Positions 62,461-64,000 of a stretch of 64,000 nucleotides of DNA are shown one piece after another. The stretch covers positions 22,072,001 to 22,136,000 of the forward strand of contig NC_092353.1 in the NCBI RefSeq assembly GCF_963676685.1, in the 5' to 3' direction. Within the stretch, counting starts at the first letter, position 1, and every line of letters starts with the position of its first letter. Source of the stretch: Mytilus edulis. Taxonomy: Eukaryota. Both the position numbers and the translations under genes were made by a program. The notes under the pieces were generated by a model. The model was not told the DNA's origin, searched no databases, and saw nothing but the letters and a program-made list of their open reading frames with translations.

Positions 62461-64000
62461 GTTAGTATAAATAAATCTAAATAATAATAATAATAATAAT
62501 AATATTGATCCAACAATTTAATCTTTAGGGAGACTACACGTTTCTGTTGAAACAAACCGTATACGTATCCACAACTAAAACAAATTGATGCAAGATAAAC
62601 AATACTTCACACATAAAGCTACCAAAATACAAAGTATTTAATAATAAATGTAGCTCTATATAGATATAGAATTCAATTTAAAAAGTCGTGAATAAAGAAA
62701 ATATGTTCTATATATTAAAAATCACCAACTTACAATATGTTCCCCAATTAATGAAACAAATTTATGTGCAAAGTAACTTGCGTTTGTCAGACATAAATTT
62801 CAACATATACAATTACGGCTGCAACTAAGTAACTGAAAAGAAGGATACATGTAGGTTGCATTTATTCCGGGCTTCCATTGACAAACTAAATGCTATAGAA
62901 CAAAGTTTTGGCTGCTATTCGTTGTTTCAAAGACACAAAAAGCCTATTAACACAGATAGACAACTAACATATTGCTGTACGTCTAGTACGTCATTTGATG
63001 AACAAAATCCGTCGCGACAACACTATTACAAAAAAATTGTGCATTAAAGAACACAGCTTTTGAGTTATATCAATAAAAATGAACAAAATGGTGCACATAA
63101 ATTTTATATGTCGGGGTGCCTTTGCGCGTTGAGAAATTACAAACAAAATAAAAACAGTTCAAACCTTCCACAGCTTTGCTGTTTATAACGCAGCAATGTC
63201 TGTATCAAACCCTAGATCAAATCGAGGAGATATCAGACGCAAGTTTAGATATTACTACTACAAAAAATAGCGCGAAGTAGGTTTCTCAATTTTATTGAAG
63301 GGACACATTTGTTCGAATTGCTAAAATAAATATGTCAAATTATATACTTCTTATTATGATAAAGAAAGAATAAAGGTATAATGAATATACATGTACATTT
63401 GTAGGTATCGAACGACGCATATGAACAGATGAAAAAACAGTTTAATTAACGTTGTCCCAAATGTATGTTTTTCAACTAGTACAGGTGAAATTTGATAATT
63501 TAAACTAAATTTGCATTTTTTAGACAAATGGGCACCTATTTTGAAAGAAGTCAACCAACAGTATTTCAGAAAAAGGCATTGATTTTCAGTTGCAGTTCTA
63601 CGAGTGAAAAGTGTGTTCCAAATTTAAAGAAAAAGTGTGAAAAGCCCATTTACTGTAACTTGACCTTAAAGGTCGTAATATTTGAGGTTGTGTCGTCAAT
63701 GAATTTTTTCGCACAGTTCAACTACAAAATGTTTGAAATAGACATCATCAAGGACACGGCGTCCTCTGAAATAGCAGGTGTCTCCTTACCACCAGATAAG
63801 ACTAATATCTATACTACGTCACTATCATATCATCATACTAATGGCATTAATATGATGTTTGCGCATGGCTACATATTACATTTTGGTCTTTACCGACTCT
63901 GAACAACACTATTTTTTTTCGAAATGCAAAACCAAAAATCTGCAATATTTATAGGATTTTGATATCAGATGTTCAATAAACTTGTAGCTATAAGATAAAC

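Noticed and set aside
63528-63902. 124-aa ORF as downstream exon of the PAN gene
   Set aside because: The candidate acceptors tested (62854, 63716) give early stops in phase 1, and there is no recognisable domain.

Overview
AT-rich, repeat-dense eukaryotic DNA with GT-AG introns. The repeat families and retroelements resemble those of bivalves such as Mytilus, but this is an inference. The main content is a same-strand tandem cluster of six small spliced paralogous genes (18.9-46.5 kb), most only partly visible in the ORF track, plus a relic of a seventh (~50.9 kb). Each encodes a 109-202 aa protein with an N-terminal FAM167/LURAP(FAM89)-like coiled coil (LRxELxEMRNQDxQLMKQLLxIN) followed by a disordered Ser/acidic region. 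Five of the six share a C-terminal motif I cannot assign to any family (EE-[IV]-[FL]-[RK]-T-N-[VI]-K-L-W-K). The paralogs carry different kinase and PP2A-B56-type docking motifs, different intron sets, and shared promoter and 3'UTR elements. The rest of the window holds 5'-truncated Penelope-like retroelements of several families and degenerate hammerhead-ribozyme repeats. It also holds a decayed DIRS/PAT-type tyrosine-recombinase retrotransposon, a 46-bp satellite with a 10-mer higher-order duplication, Helentron-like and palindromic small elements, and duplicated signal-peptide + PAN/Apple exons. Gene models were read by eye, and repeat boundaries are approximate.
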